Below are positions 1 through 9,637 of a stretch of 62,080 nucleotides of DNA, piece by piece. The stretch lies in assembly GCA_035516075.1 (NCBI GenBank), contig DATJAQ010000137.1:1-62080 (forward strand), in the 5' to 3' direction. Both the position numbers and the translations under genes were made by a program. The notes under the pieces were generated by a model that worked only from the letters and a program-made list of their open reading frames with translations, was not told the DNA's origin and searched no databases. Every line of letters starts with the position of its first letter. The first letter of the stretch is position 1. The stretch is from Terriglobia bacterium. GTDB lineage: Bacteria > Acidobacteriota > Terriglobia > UBA7540.

Positions 1-789
1 TCCTTCGCGGAAGTCGGCGGTGGAACGGATGCGGGCGTTTTCCTCCAGGGCGAGCGCGAGCTGGTGATCGACCTCGGCCTTGCTGAACTCGGTCAGCAGT
101 CCCCGCGTGTAGGCGAGGCTGGTGGGACTGTTCTCAAGCAGTTGAGACGCGAGCTGGCGGGCGCGATCGAGCAGCAGTTCGGCGGTCACGATCTCCGTGA
201 TCAGGCCGATGCGCAGGGCTTCGGCCGCATCGATAACGCGGCCGGTCAGCAGCAGATCGCGCGCCCGCTTCTCGCCGATCTGGCGAATCAAAAAGACGGA
301 AACCAGCGCCGGAATGAAGCCGATGCGCACCTCGGTATAGCCGAACCTGGCTTCGGGCACGGCCAGCGTAAAGTCGCACAGGGTGGCGATGCCGCAGCCG
401 CCGGCGATGGCGGCGCCGTTGACGGCCGCGATCAGCGTTTTGGGGAAGTCGTAAAGCCGCCGGAACAGGTGGGCCATGCGGCGCGAGTCTGCCAGATTCG
501 CATCCGAGGGCCGCGGGATGCCGCCCTTCAACGGCCCGTCCTTGAGAAGGTGGTGATGGGACCCTTCAGCCGCCAGGGTCTGGAGGACTTCAAGATCCAT
601 CCCTGAACAAAACGCTTTGCCCGCTCCCGTCAGGATGGCCACCCGCGCCGGGCCGTGCTCAATCTCGTCGAGCGCCGCCAGCAATTCCTCGATCATCTCC
701 GGCGAGATGGCATTGCGCTTCTCGGGGCGGTTGAAGGTAAGGACAGCGATGTCCGCCGCATGCGCGACAGAAAGAGTCTGGTAGGTCAT
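1..789 (-). CDS. enoyl-CoA hydratase/isomerase (crotonase) family protein, C-terminus off window; context suggests methylglutaconyl-CoA hydratase
   Basis: Own translation from ATG at 789..787 (absent from the ORF track because there is no stop in the window): MTYQTLSVAHAADIAVLTFNRPEKRNAISPEMIEELLAALDEIEHGPARVAILTGAGKAFCSG.., a typical crotonase N-terminus. Co-directional with the HMG-CoA lyase and carboxyltransferase genes. Confidence 0.85.
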   Translation of the reverse strand, partial: MTYQTLSVAHAADIAVLTFNRPEKRNAISPEMIEELLAALDEIEHGPARVAILTGAGKAFCSGMDLEVLQTLAAEGSHHHLLKDGPLKGGIPRPSDANLADSRRMAHLFRRLYDFPKTLIAAVNGAAIAGGCGIATLCDFTLAVPEARFGYTEVRIGFIPALVSVFLIRQIGEKRARDLLLTGRVIDAAEALRIGLITEIVTAELLLDRARQLASQLLENSPTSLAYTRGLLTEFSKAEVDHQLALALEENARIRSTADFREG

Positions 790-807
790 GGCTTCAATCA
801 AGGCCAA

Positions 808-1224
808 TCAGCTTGTTACCTTCCACTTAGCCCAGTCCTTTTCGCGCACTTTACGAAGTTTTTCGTAGCCAACCTGCTTCGCCAATCGATTTGCGTGGGG
901 ATCCCTCCGGAAAATGTGCCGAAGTATCCCCTCCAGCTCCTGAATCTCTTGTTCAGAGACATTGTCGTGGACCTCGAAAACTGAGAAGCACGTGCAAGAA
1001 CCCTTGCTCGCGTTCGCCAGATGCTTTCGTAGCCTGCCTCGTATACCTGCTTCATCGGCGCCCGAGAGGCCGACGTACATTACCCCGTGTTCACGTTGCT
1101 TACTGTCACCGTCGAATAAGACGTATATGCCGCGGGTATCTGGGGGAATCTTATCGAGCTCGTCGGGGCCAAACGGCCGAAACTCGTTACAACGCTTGAT
1201 CAACCGCATTAGTGCTACAGACAT
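808..1224 (-). CDS. small GIY-YIG-like nuclease-superfamily protein (138 aa), function unknown
   Basis: The ORF track protein has GIYVLF..(12 aa)..YVGLS, then RGRLRKH and a glutamate-rich EQEIQELEGIL segment, in GIY-YIG-like order and spacing. The region is visibly less GC-rich than its neighbours. Confidence 0.55.
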   Translation of the reverse strand: MSVALMRLIKRCNEFRPFGPDELDKIPPDTRGIYVLFDGDSKQREHGVMYVGLSGADEAGIRGRLRKHLANASKGSCTCFSVFEVHDNVSEQEIQELEGILRHIFRRDPHANRLAKQVGYEKLRKVREKDWAKWKVTS

Positions 1225-1329
1225 GGCTCCTCCATTCTCTTTCGGATATCACCTTGACCGCTCTCACCGTGCTGGCAAATCTTCTTCCCCACCCGCCGCA
1301 TTGCTTCGAGATCTTCTTGCTGGCTTCGA

Positions 1330-1677
1330 TCACAGGTCGAGAAGTATTCGCAGACGATCTTCAACCGCCGACATTGCTGCCTCGGATACAACTCCCAAAC
1401 GTGCACTTAGGCGCTCCGCGGCGATGGACCGCACATCCTCGCACTTGATGAAGCTCGGTTGGCGGAGGCCGCCTTCCGACGGAACAACGGGCACGTGGGA
1501 GGCGATATGCTTCTGCTTGCTGGTAACAGGCAGCACGATCACGAGACCGGCAGGCCCCTGGTTGAACTCGTCAACCGAGACGATCAGGGCAGGCCTCTTT
1601 CCGGCTTGCTCATGCCCACGGGTGGGATTGAAGTCTGCCATCCAGACTTCCCCGCGGCTTGGGAAGGGAGGAGTCAT
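1330..1677 (-). CDS. mazF: type II toxin, MazF/PemK family mRNA interferase
   Basis: The 115 aa protein starts RGEVWMADFNPTRGHEQAGKRPALIVS and continues ..VLPVTSK..; this is the PemK/MazF signature. It has a 4-nt ATGA overlap with the upstream antitoxin ORF. Confidence 0.9.
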   Translation of the reverse strand: MTPPFPSRGEVWMADFNPTRGHEQAGKRPALIVSVDEFNQGPAGLVIVLPVTSKQKHIASHVPVVPSEGGLRQPSFIKCEDVRSIAAERLSARLGVVSEAAMSAVEDRLRILLDL

Positions 1678-1922
1678 CTTTCCTTCAACCCGTCGCCCAA
1701 TGCTGCGTCCCAGGCAGAGCGTTCATCCAGTTCGTGCTTCCAAGCCTTTGAGTCTTTCCTCAGGCGCGCAAAATCCCGGTTAAGCTGCTTCAAAAAATGC
1801 TTCCTTCGAAGCTCTTCGACCGCCACCTCAAGGACAGCCACCATGGCCTCGTTTCGCTCTTCGGCAAGCTTCTGCAACTTGGAATGGCAACTCTCGCTGA
1901 TTCTTACGGCCTGGGTGCTCAT
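1674..1922 (-). CDS. antitoxin partner of MazF (ribbon-helix-helix-like N-terminus)
   Basis: The 82 aa protein begins MSTQAVRISESCHSKLQKLAEERN.. (RHH-like) and is translationally coupled to mazF. GGAGGAG lies upstream of the ATG. Confidence 0.75.
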   Translation of the reverse strand: MSTQAVRISESCHSKLQKLAEERNEAMVAVLEVAVEELRRKHFLKQLNRDFARLRKDSKAWKHELDERSAWDAALGDGLKER

Positions 1923-1982
1923 CGGTCCGCCTCAACTCCTCCAACACGAAACAGTATACCGGATTGTCGATGATTTTCGCTA

Positions 1983-3002
1983 CTAATGCGTCGTCATTGG
2001 GAGTCCGTATTGCTGCCGGATCTCCTTCGTCGCGTGCACGGCCGAGAGCAGTGCCCACGGCTCGATTCCGGTTTTCACGCCGGCGGCGGAGAGCGTCGAA
2101 ATCACGATTTCGGTGGGAATGTTGCCCACCAGATCGTCGCCGGCGAAAGGGCAGCCGCCGAGGCCGGTGAGTGCGGAGTCAAAGCGGCGGCAGCCGGCTT
2201 CGTACGCTGCCATCACCTTTTCCGCCGCCCCTTCGGGACGGCTGTGTAGATGGACGCCGAGCTCCATGCCGGCGGCGGCGCCTTGAACGGCGCGGTAGAG
2301 CGCGGCCACTTCGTCCGGTGACGCGGTGCCGATGGTATCCGCCAGCGACACCTGCTGCACGCCGATCTGGCCGAGCCACAGGATGGCATCTTCCACAATC
2401 TCGGGCCCCCAGAGCTCCTCGTAGTTGTTTCCGAAGGCCATCGAAATGTAAATCACCAGGGTGCGCACCGGCGCGCCGGGCGCGGAGACCGCCTGTTGCA
2501 GTTTCTCGACCAGCGCCTGCGACTCAGCCTTGGACATGTTCGCATTGGCGCGGCGGAAATTGGCGGAAACCGAGTACGGGTAGCCGATGGTGGTGAGGCC
2601 CGGAGCCTTGAGAGCGCGTTCCAGCCCTTGTTCGTTGACGACGATGCCGATGACTTCGGGGAGCGGAGCGTCCGGCATAGCCTCAGCACCAAGCGCGGAA
2701 ACCGGGCTTCGTAATTCGGCGCTCGAGACGCCGCTTGGCGGCCGCTCACCGACGTCCAGTTTCAGCGCGGCTGCCGCCAGCGCGAGCGGCTCAGTGAGCA
2801 GCGGGTACAACGCCTCAAGGACGGCTTCGCTGTCGGCCATCTGCGGCACGTACTTGGGCGCGACAAAGCTGACCGCGTCGAGGTGGCGGAAGCCCGCCTC
2901 GATCAGCTTGCGTAAATAGGCCGCCTTGGCCTCGGTCGGGATGATGCCGGGCAGTCCCTGCCAGGCGTCGCGGGGGCATTCCACAATTTTCACGGTTGGC
3001 AT
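1983..3002 (-). CDS. hydroxymethylglutaryl-CoA lyase (HMGL-like TIM barrel)
   Basis: The N-terminus VKIVECPRDAWQG and the later ..VSLADTIG.. and ..LHSRPEG.. segments are HMGL-family motifs. A ~40 aa low-complexity insertion follows residue ~65. Confidence 0.85.
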   Translation of the reverse strand: MPTVKIVECPRDAWQGLPGIIPTEAKAAYLRKLIEAGFRHLDAVSFVAPKYVPQMADSEAVLEALYPLLTEPLALAAAALKLDVGERPPSGVSSAELRSPVSALGAEAMPDAPLPEVIGIVVNEQGLERALKAPGLTTIGYPYSVSANFRRANANMSKAESQALVEKLQQAVSAPGAPVRTLVIYISMAFGNNYEELWGPEIVEDAILWLGQIGVQQVSLADTIGTASPDEVAALYRAVQGAAAGMELGVHLHSRPEGAAEKVMAAYEAGCRRFDSALTGLGGCPFAGDDLVGNIPTEIVISTLSAAGVKTGIEPWALLSAVHATKEIRQQYGLPMTTH

Positions 3003-3012
3003 GGCGGGGCTC

Positions 3013-3070
3013 GCGAGTTGAAAAGTTCAATAATGCAAGAGTTGAAGAGTCAAATGGCTTAAGAGTCGAA
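3013..3070. repeat. degenerate GAGTTGAA-type periodic tract (left flank of the four-helix-bundle gene)
   Basis: The sequence gagttgaa aagttcaa ..gagttgaag agtcaaa ..agagtcgaa is the reverse complement of the TCTTCAAC units at 3445-3608. Confidence 0.8.
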
Positions 3071-3082
3071 CCGCAGACCGTC

Positions 3083-3441
3083 CTACTTGGCGCGCTCGAC
3101 CTTGAGTCGCAGAGCGTTCAACATTCGAGCGATCGCCGAAACCTCGGGGCTCGTCTCGTCAAACCGCTCCGGGGCCAGGAATCCCAAATCTCTGCTGAGC
3201 ATCAGCATGTATTCTGTCTCGGCCAGGGACGCCTCTGCAATGTTCAGGAACCGTGCACACTCCGCGCGACTCTGCCGCTTTGAGCCCTCAGCGAGGTTCG
3301 TCGGCACCGACGCAGCCGCCCGGCGGACTTGAGAATAAGGCCAAACCGCTCGTCACTTGGAAACTTGGCGGTGAGCTTATAGATCTCAAGCACCAGCGTA
3401 TGACCTCGCTGCCAGACGGCGAGCTCAGTAAAGCGTTGCAC
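3083..3441 (-). pseudogene. four-helix-bundle protein (23S rRNA intervening-sequence protein family), disrupted by an apparent 1-nt deletion
   Basis: Two track ORFs in different frames join into one family-typical protein. The first (3244..3441) gives MQRFTELAVWQRGHTLVLEIYKLTAKFPSDERFGLI. The second frame gives QVRRAAASVPTNLAEGSKRQSRAECARFLNIAEASLAETEYMLMLS.. The total length of 359 nt is not a multiple of 3. Confidence 0.8.
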
Positions 3442-3444
3442 GCT

Positions 3445-3608
3445 GCACCTTGAACTCTTCGACGTTTAACTCTTCAACCCTTCAACTTTCGACTCTCGAC
3501 CTTCAACCTTTCAACTCTTCAACTCTTGAACCCTTGAACTTTAAACCTTTGACTCTCGACTTTCGACCCTTCAACTCTTCAACTTTCGACTCTTCAACTT
3601 TTCGACTC
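3445..3608. repeat. ~21 tandem degenerate 7-9-nt units, consensus YCTTCRAC (right flank of the four-helix-bundle gene)
   Basis: The tract reads tcttcgac/tcttcaac/ccttcaac/tttcgac/tctcgac... and runs from the start of the four-helix-bundle gene to the stop of the carboxyltransferase gene. Confidence 0.9.
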
Positions 3609-3611
3609 CCC

Positions 3612-5288
3612 TCACGTTTGCAAAACCCCCGTCTTAAACTCCGCCACCTCGGGATTCAACGCCGCCGCTTCGAGCGCCCAGATGAGCGCCTCGCGGGTCT
3701 CCGCCGGGTCGATGATGGCGTCCACCCACAGCCGCGCCGCCGCGTAGCGCGGGTCGGTCTGATGCTCGTAAGTGGCGCGCACCGATTCGTAAAGCTCCTC
3801 CTTCTGCGGTTCGCTCAGTTCCTCGCCCTGTCGCTCGAGCTGCTTGATCTTGATCTCCACCAGCGTCCCGGCCGCCGAATCCCCGCTCATCACCGCGTAG
3901 CGCGCCGTAGGCCAGGCGAAGATAAAGCGCGGGTCGTAAGCCTTGCCGCACATCGCGTAGTGGCCCGCGCCGAAGCTGCCGCCGCAGATCACCGTGATCT
4001 TCGGCACCACGCTGTTCGAGACGGCGTTCACCATCTTGGCGCCCGCCCGGATAATGCCGCTCCACTCCGCCTCTTTTCCCACCATGAAGCCGTTGACGTC
4101 GTGCAAGAAAACGAGGGGCACGCGGTTCTGATTGCAATCCAGAATGAACCGCGCGGCCTTTTCGGCCGACTCGGTGTAAATCACGCCGCCGAAGTGAATG
4201 CGCTTTTCGCCGGTGCCGTGGGCCGTCACCTGAATATGCTTCTTCTGGTTAGCCACAATGCCCACCGCCCAGCCGCCCAGGCGGGCGTAGCCGCACAGCA
4301 CCGTCCGGCCGTACTCGGCGCGGTACTCCTCAAATTCGGAGCGGTCCACAATCCGCGCGATCACCTCGCGCATGTCGTACTGTTTGGCGGGATCGCCGGA
4401 GAAGATGCCGTAAATCTCACCGGCAGGATAGCGGGGCGCCTCCTGCGGCTTGTGGTCAAAGGGCGCGGCCTGGGGCGGCCCCATTTTATCCACCAGCGCC
4501 CGGAGGCGCTCCAGACACCTCGCGTCGTCCGGCTCGCGGAAGTCCACGGTGCCGCTCACCTCGGCGTGCATCTTGGCGCCGCCCAGTTCCTCCGCCGAGA
4601 CGCGCTGCCCGATGGCAGCCTGCACCAGCGCCGGCCCCGCCAGAAAAAGCCCGCTGCCTTCGGTCATCAGGACGTGGTCGCACATCACGGGCAGGTAGGC
4701 CCCGCCGGCCACGCACATCCCCATGATGGCGGTAATCTGGGGAATGCCCCTCGCGCTCATCACGGCGTTGTTGCGAAACACGCGACCAAAGTCGTCGGTG
4801 TCGGGAAAAACGTCTTCCTGCAACGGCAGAAAGACGCCGGCCGAGTCCACCAGGTAGATCGTCGGAATCCTGTTGTCGAGCGCGATGTTCTGCGCGCGGA
4901 TCACCTTCTTGGCCGTCATGGGGAAAAACGCCCCGGCCTTCACGGTGGCGTCGTTGGCGATAATCATCACCAGGCGGTCGCACACCCGGGCCAGGCCCGT
5001 CACGGCGCCCGCCGAGGGCGCCCCGCCCCAGTCCTCGTACATTTCCCAGGCGGCGTAAAGGCCAAGCTCGAAAAACTCGCTGTCGGGATCGATGAGCTTC
5101 GCGATCCTCTCGCGCGCCGTCAGCCGGCCCTTGTTGTGCTGCGAATCGATGCCCCGCGCGCCGTCGCCCTGGCGAATCTGCTCCTCCTGGTTCTTGATCT
5201 CGGTCATGAGCTCGATCAGGCGGCGGGAGTTCTCTTCGAAGGCGGGCGAGGCCGCATCGACGCGACTCTCAAGCGCTGAGTTGGACAA
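3612..5288 (-). CDS. acyl-CoA carboxylase carboxyltransferase (beta) subunit, probably methylcrotonoyl-CoA carboxylase beta
   Basis: The 558 aa protein has the motifs GKLTARERIAKLIDPDSEFFELG, ANDATVKAG, MGMCVAGGAYLP and LHDVNGFMVG, typical of the carboxyl-transferase family. It lies in an operon with HMG-CoA lyase. Confidence 0.85.
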   Translation of the reverse strand: MSNSALESRVDAASPAFEENSRRLIELMTEIKNQEEQIRQGDGARGIDSQHNKGRLTARERIAKLIDPDSEFFELGLYAAWEMYEDWGGAPSAGAVTGLARVCDRLVMIIANDATVKAGAFFPMTAKKVIRAQNIALDNRIPTIYLVDSAGVFLPLQEDVFPDTDDFGRVFRNNAVMSARGIPQITAIMGMCVAGGAYLPVMCDHVLMTEGSGLFLAGPALVQAAIGQRVSAEELGGAKMHAEVSGTVDFREPDDARCLERLRALVDKMGPPQAAPFDHKPQEAPRYPAGEIYGIFSGDPAKQYDMREVIARIVDRSEFEEYRAEYGRTVLCGYARLGGWAVGIVANQKKHIQVTAHGTGEKRIHFGGVIYTESAEKAARFILDCNQNRVPLVFLHDVNGFMVGKEAEWSGIIRAGAKMVNAVSNSVVPKITVICGGSFGAGHYAMCGKAYDPRFIFAWPTARYAVMSGDSAAGTLVEIKIKQLERQGEELSEPQKEELYESVRATYEHQTDPRYAAARLWVDAIIDPAETREALIWALEAAALNPEVAEFKTGVLQT

Positions 5289-5498
5289 AACAGTTACCTC
5301 GACAGGCGGCGAATGGGCGCGGCGATCCGCGAAACCTTAATGTAGCACGCGCGCCTGGCCGCTGGGCGGAGCCGCTTCCCGACTGCTCGCGCCACCGAGG
5401 CTGGGTCTTATCGCAGTCGAGCGGGCGCCGGCTGCGCCCAAGCCATCGCGAAGCCTAACTCGGCGGGCCCGGGACCAACGGAAAATGTGATGCGGAGC

Positions 5499-6209
5499 TT
5501 AGGGCTTGGAAGGCAGGACGACGCTGACGCCGCGCTCGTCGTTGAGCTTTTGGGTGGCTTCAAGATTAAGATCGGCGAGCGGAATCTTGTGGGTGGTCTC
5601 ACCCCTGAAAATCCAGACGGCCTGCCCGTAGACGGCGTAGTTCTGCGCCTCGAGCTGGCGGCCATCACGATACACGAAGGCCGTGGGGACGGCGTCTTCG
5701 GCGGCGGGAGGCTCCGGCGCTGCCGCCGGCGCAGGTTCGCCATAGGCCTGCTGCTCCCTCAGTTGCGCCACCTCGTCGGTCAAGGCCTGAACCTGGCTGA
5801 CAAGTGCATCGTCCTCCGGAGGCGCGGCCGCTGGAGGTTCCTCCCCAGCCCCGTAATCGGGCGGGAAGCCAACGTACGACAAGGAAGACGGGTACCCGTA
5901 AAACGGCGAATACCCTGGATACGCGTAGCGCGGGAAGAACAGCCCCCTCACAAATGAAGAGCGCCGGCGAAACGGGGCGCGCTGACCTCTGAAACCGCTG
6001 CGGCCTCCGAAGGGTGCGGGCCTGCCCACCGGCCTCATGAAGCCGCCCGTTCTAAACGGGGTGGGCGACGGCCGGAAGGAGGAAAAACCTCGAGCCATTC
6101 CACCGGCGCGAGGAGCGAACGAGCGCGACCCCCCGCGGGACTGTGCCCGGACGAGCGGCGCGAGGAGCAACCCCGCCAGTAGCGCTGTTACGGTGATTGC
6201 ACGCCTCAT
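5499..6209 (-). CDS. secreted hypothetical protein (Gly/Arg/Pro/Phe-rich N-half, small conserved-looking C-terminal domain)
   Basis: It has a signal-peptide-like N-terminus, MRRAITVTALLAGLLLAPLVRAQ. No family is recognised. Confidence 0.55.
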   Translation of the reverse strand: MRRAITVTALLAGLLLAPLVRAQSRGGSRSFAPRAGGMARGFSSFRPSPTPFRTGGFMRPVGRPAPFGGRSGFRGQRAPFRRRSSFVRGLFFPRYAYPGYSPFYGYPSSLSYVGFPPDYGAGEEPPAAAPPEDDALVSQVQALTDEVAQLREQQAYGEPAPAAAPEPPAAEDAVPTAFVYRDGRQLEAQNYAVYGQAVWIFRGETTHKIPLADLNLEATQKLNDERGVSVVLPSKP

Positions 6210-6215
6210 TGCTAC

Positions 6216-6221
6216 ATTCTA
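6216..6221 (-). promoter_or_regulatory. -10-like TAGAAT six nt upstream of the ATG of the 5499..6209 gene (possible leaderless mRNA)
   Basis: The minus strand reads ggggTAGAATgtagcaATG, with no room for a Shine-Dalgarno. TAGAAT also recurs upstream of the recJ, nagB-like, rSAM and phd genes in this window. Confidence 0.3.
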
Positions 6222-6909
6222 CCCCAATCTAGGGGAGGCAACGTCACGGATTGTCGCCTTCCGGCCAGGCGGGGTGGGAACTGCATTGGGCTTGACCGCC
6301 CGCTCGAATTATGATACGGTTATTGTCGATAGATTTGTGGAACTTATCCTCCCGCGATCCATTAACTCTATTAGATTAAACAACTTAGCATCCTACGAGC
6401 AGCTGAAATCGCCAGAATAGGCGTGAAAACGGACCCAAACTCGTAATAGCCAGAAAAAGAAAGAGATAGCTCGGGAAACTGGCACTCGGGAAGAGGAAAA
6501 TGGAGCGCCAAAATCCGCAAAGACGAACCCAAACGCGCAATCGCAAGAAACATAAAGGGATCACCCCGAAAAACTGACGTTTGGGGCAGGAAAATGGATG
6601 GTCCGCCCCGTCGCCGACTGCTGATTTTGAATTTGGGATTGGGGACATCGACGGACCGCTCTCGAGGTCATTCGGCATTCGGCAATCTTCAATCGGCAAT
6701 CCCGGCACGTTCCCAAGCGCTCGCGTGCTTCGGTCACGAGCATTTAGGGCCGGCCCGCGGTGGCCGTTCGCGGCGGTTTGAGTTACAATTTCGCTTAAGC
6801 TCAGTGCCGCGACCCTTGCGGCGGGTACGAAAAGCGGGCTCACTCCGGGGATGGCAATCGGCGGCGCGGGCAGCCGCAAGGGGCGGGCTTGCGGGGACCT
6901 GGGAACGCT

Positions 6910-7287
6910 ATGAGCGTCAAGCCACAACAATACTTCACGTATCGTGGCAAGGGAGGCCAGTGGAGCTGGATACTGCACCGGCTTACCGGGCTCGGTGTTT
7001 TCACCTTCCTGCTGGTGCACATCATCGACACGGCCCTGATTGGCTGGGGGCCGGACGCCTACAACTCCATGATGGCGGTTTACCGCGTGCCGTTCTTCCG
7101 GGTGGGCGAGGTGCTGCTGGCGGGCGCCGTGCTGTACCACGCCTTGAACGGCGTGCGCATTTGCATCATCGACTTCTGGCCCGGCGCCACCGCCGTTCAC
7201 CGGAAGCTGGTGCTGGCCGTGGTGGTGCTTTTTGCGGTGATTTACATCCCAAGCGCGGTGTACATGCTGCGCTGGCTGGTGCAATAG
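6910..7287 (+). CDS. sdhC: succinate dehydrogenase cytochrome b subunit
   Basis: The protein is membrane-embedded with WILHRLTGLGVFTFLLVHIID (haem-ligand His context) and is the first gene of the sdh cluster. The ATG at 6910 is preferred over the track TTG at 6889. Confidence 0.8.
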   Translation: MSVKPQQYFTYRGKGGQWSWILHRLTGLGVFTFLLVHIIDTALIGWGPDAYNSMMAVYRVPFFRVGEVLLAGAVLYHALNGVRICIIDFWPGATAVHRKLVLAVVVLFAVIYIPSAVYMLRWLVQ

Positions 7288-7318
7288 ACTTTCCCATCGG
7301 GGCACGAAACGGAGCACG

Positions 7319-7693
7319 ATGCGCGCGGGACCGACGCCCAAACCGGAAAGCGGACTCGAGCTTTACGCCTGGATCTTCATGCGAGTTTCGGGCGTGGTCC
7401 TGCTCTTCATGGCCTTGGCCCATCTCGTGGTGATGCACCTCATCAACAACATTGAGGTGGTGAATTACCGCTTCGTGGCCGCTCGTTACGCCACGCCCTT
7501 CTGGCGCACTTTCGACCTGGTGATGCTCTGGCTGGCGCTGATTCACGGCATGAACGGCACCCGCACCATCATCATGGATTACGTGCAACGGGCAGGCTGG
7601 CGGCTGGTGTCGCTCGCGGCGCTGTACGTGTTGAGCTTTATCATGCTGGCGCTCGGATCGCTGGTGATTCTCACCTTCCAGCCCGTCGCGTGA
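7319..7693 (+). CDS. sdhD: succinate dehydrogenase hydrophobic membrane anchor subunit
   Basis: This 124 aa protein has three hydrophobic helices (ALAHLVVMHLIN, LALIHGMNG) and sits between sdhC and sdhA. Confidence 0.75.
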   Translation: MRAGPTPKPESGLELYAWIFMRVSGVVLLFMALAHLVVMHLINNIEVVNYRFVAARYATPFWRTFDLVMLWLALIHGMNGTRTIIMDYVQRAGWRLVSLAALYVLSFIMLALGSLVILTFQPVA

Positions 7694-7755
7694 ATGGCTG
7701 ATTGGGTGAATGGGTGATTGAGTAATTGAGCGATCGGATGATCGAGTGAACCAAC
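7694..7755. repeat. 8-nt periodic degenerate tract (ATTGRGTG units) in the sdhD-sdhA spacer
   Basis: The tract reads atggctg attgggtg aatgggtg attgagta attgagcg atcggatg atcgagtg. Confidence 0.75.
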
Positions 7756-7830
7756 ATTCGGAACTCCCCGACCCACACACGCTGGAAACGAAGCGAGCGG
7801 CATCTAAGTTGGGCTCGTTGGGGGCGCATA

Positions 7831-7860
7831 CTGATTTCTGACTTCTGATTTCTCTTTCGG
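7831..7860. repeat. 8-nt periodic pyrimidine-rich tract (CTGATTTC/TGACTTCT)
   Basis: The tract reads ctgatttc tgacttct gatttctc tttcgg. The same CTGACTTCTG-type units occur at 52193-52212 and 52332-52367. Confidence 0.7.
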
Positions 7861-7867
7861 CCTGGCC

Positions 7868-9591
<1,724 letters not shown>

Positions 9592-9592
<1 letters not shown>

Positions 9593-9628
9593 TTCACTGA
9601 ATCATTGAGTTATTGAATCAAACTGGCG
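9592..9628. repeat. 8-nt periodic tract (TCATTGAG/TTATTGAA) in the sdhA-sdhB spacer
   Basis: The tract reads attcactga atcattgag ttattgaa tcaaactg. Confidence 0.6.
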
Positions 9629-9637
9629 GAGCATCCG

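Noticed and set aside
3445-3608. CRISPR array interpretation of the tandem units
   Set aside because: The units are 7-9 nt, contiguous and degenerate. There are no 25-40-nt repeats alternating with unique spacers, and no cas genes in the window.
3450-5279. 609-aa plus-strand ORF opposite the carboxyltransferase gene
   Set aside because: Its N-terminus is merely the translated 8-nt repeat tract (NSSTFNSSTLQLSTL..). The rest is Arg/His/Gly/Ala-rich with no family resemblance. The opposite strand encodes a clearly recognisable enzyme, so this is a typical high-GC antisense artefact.
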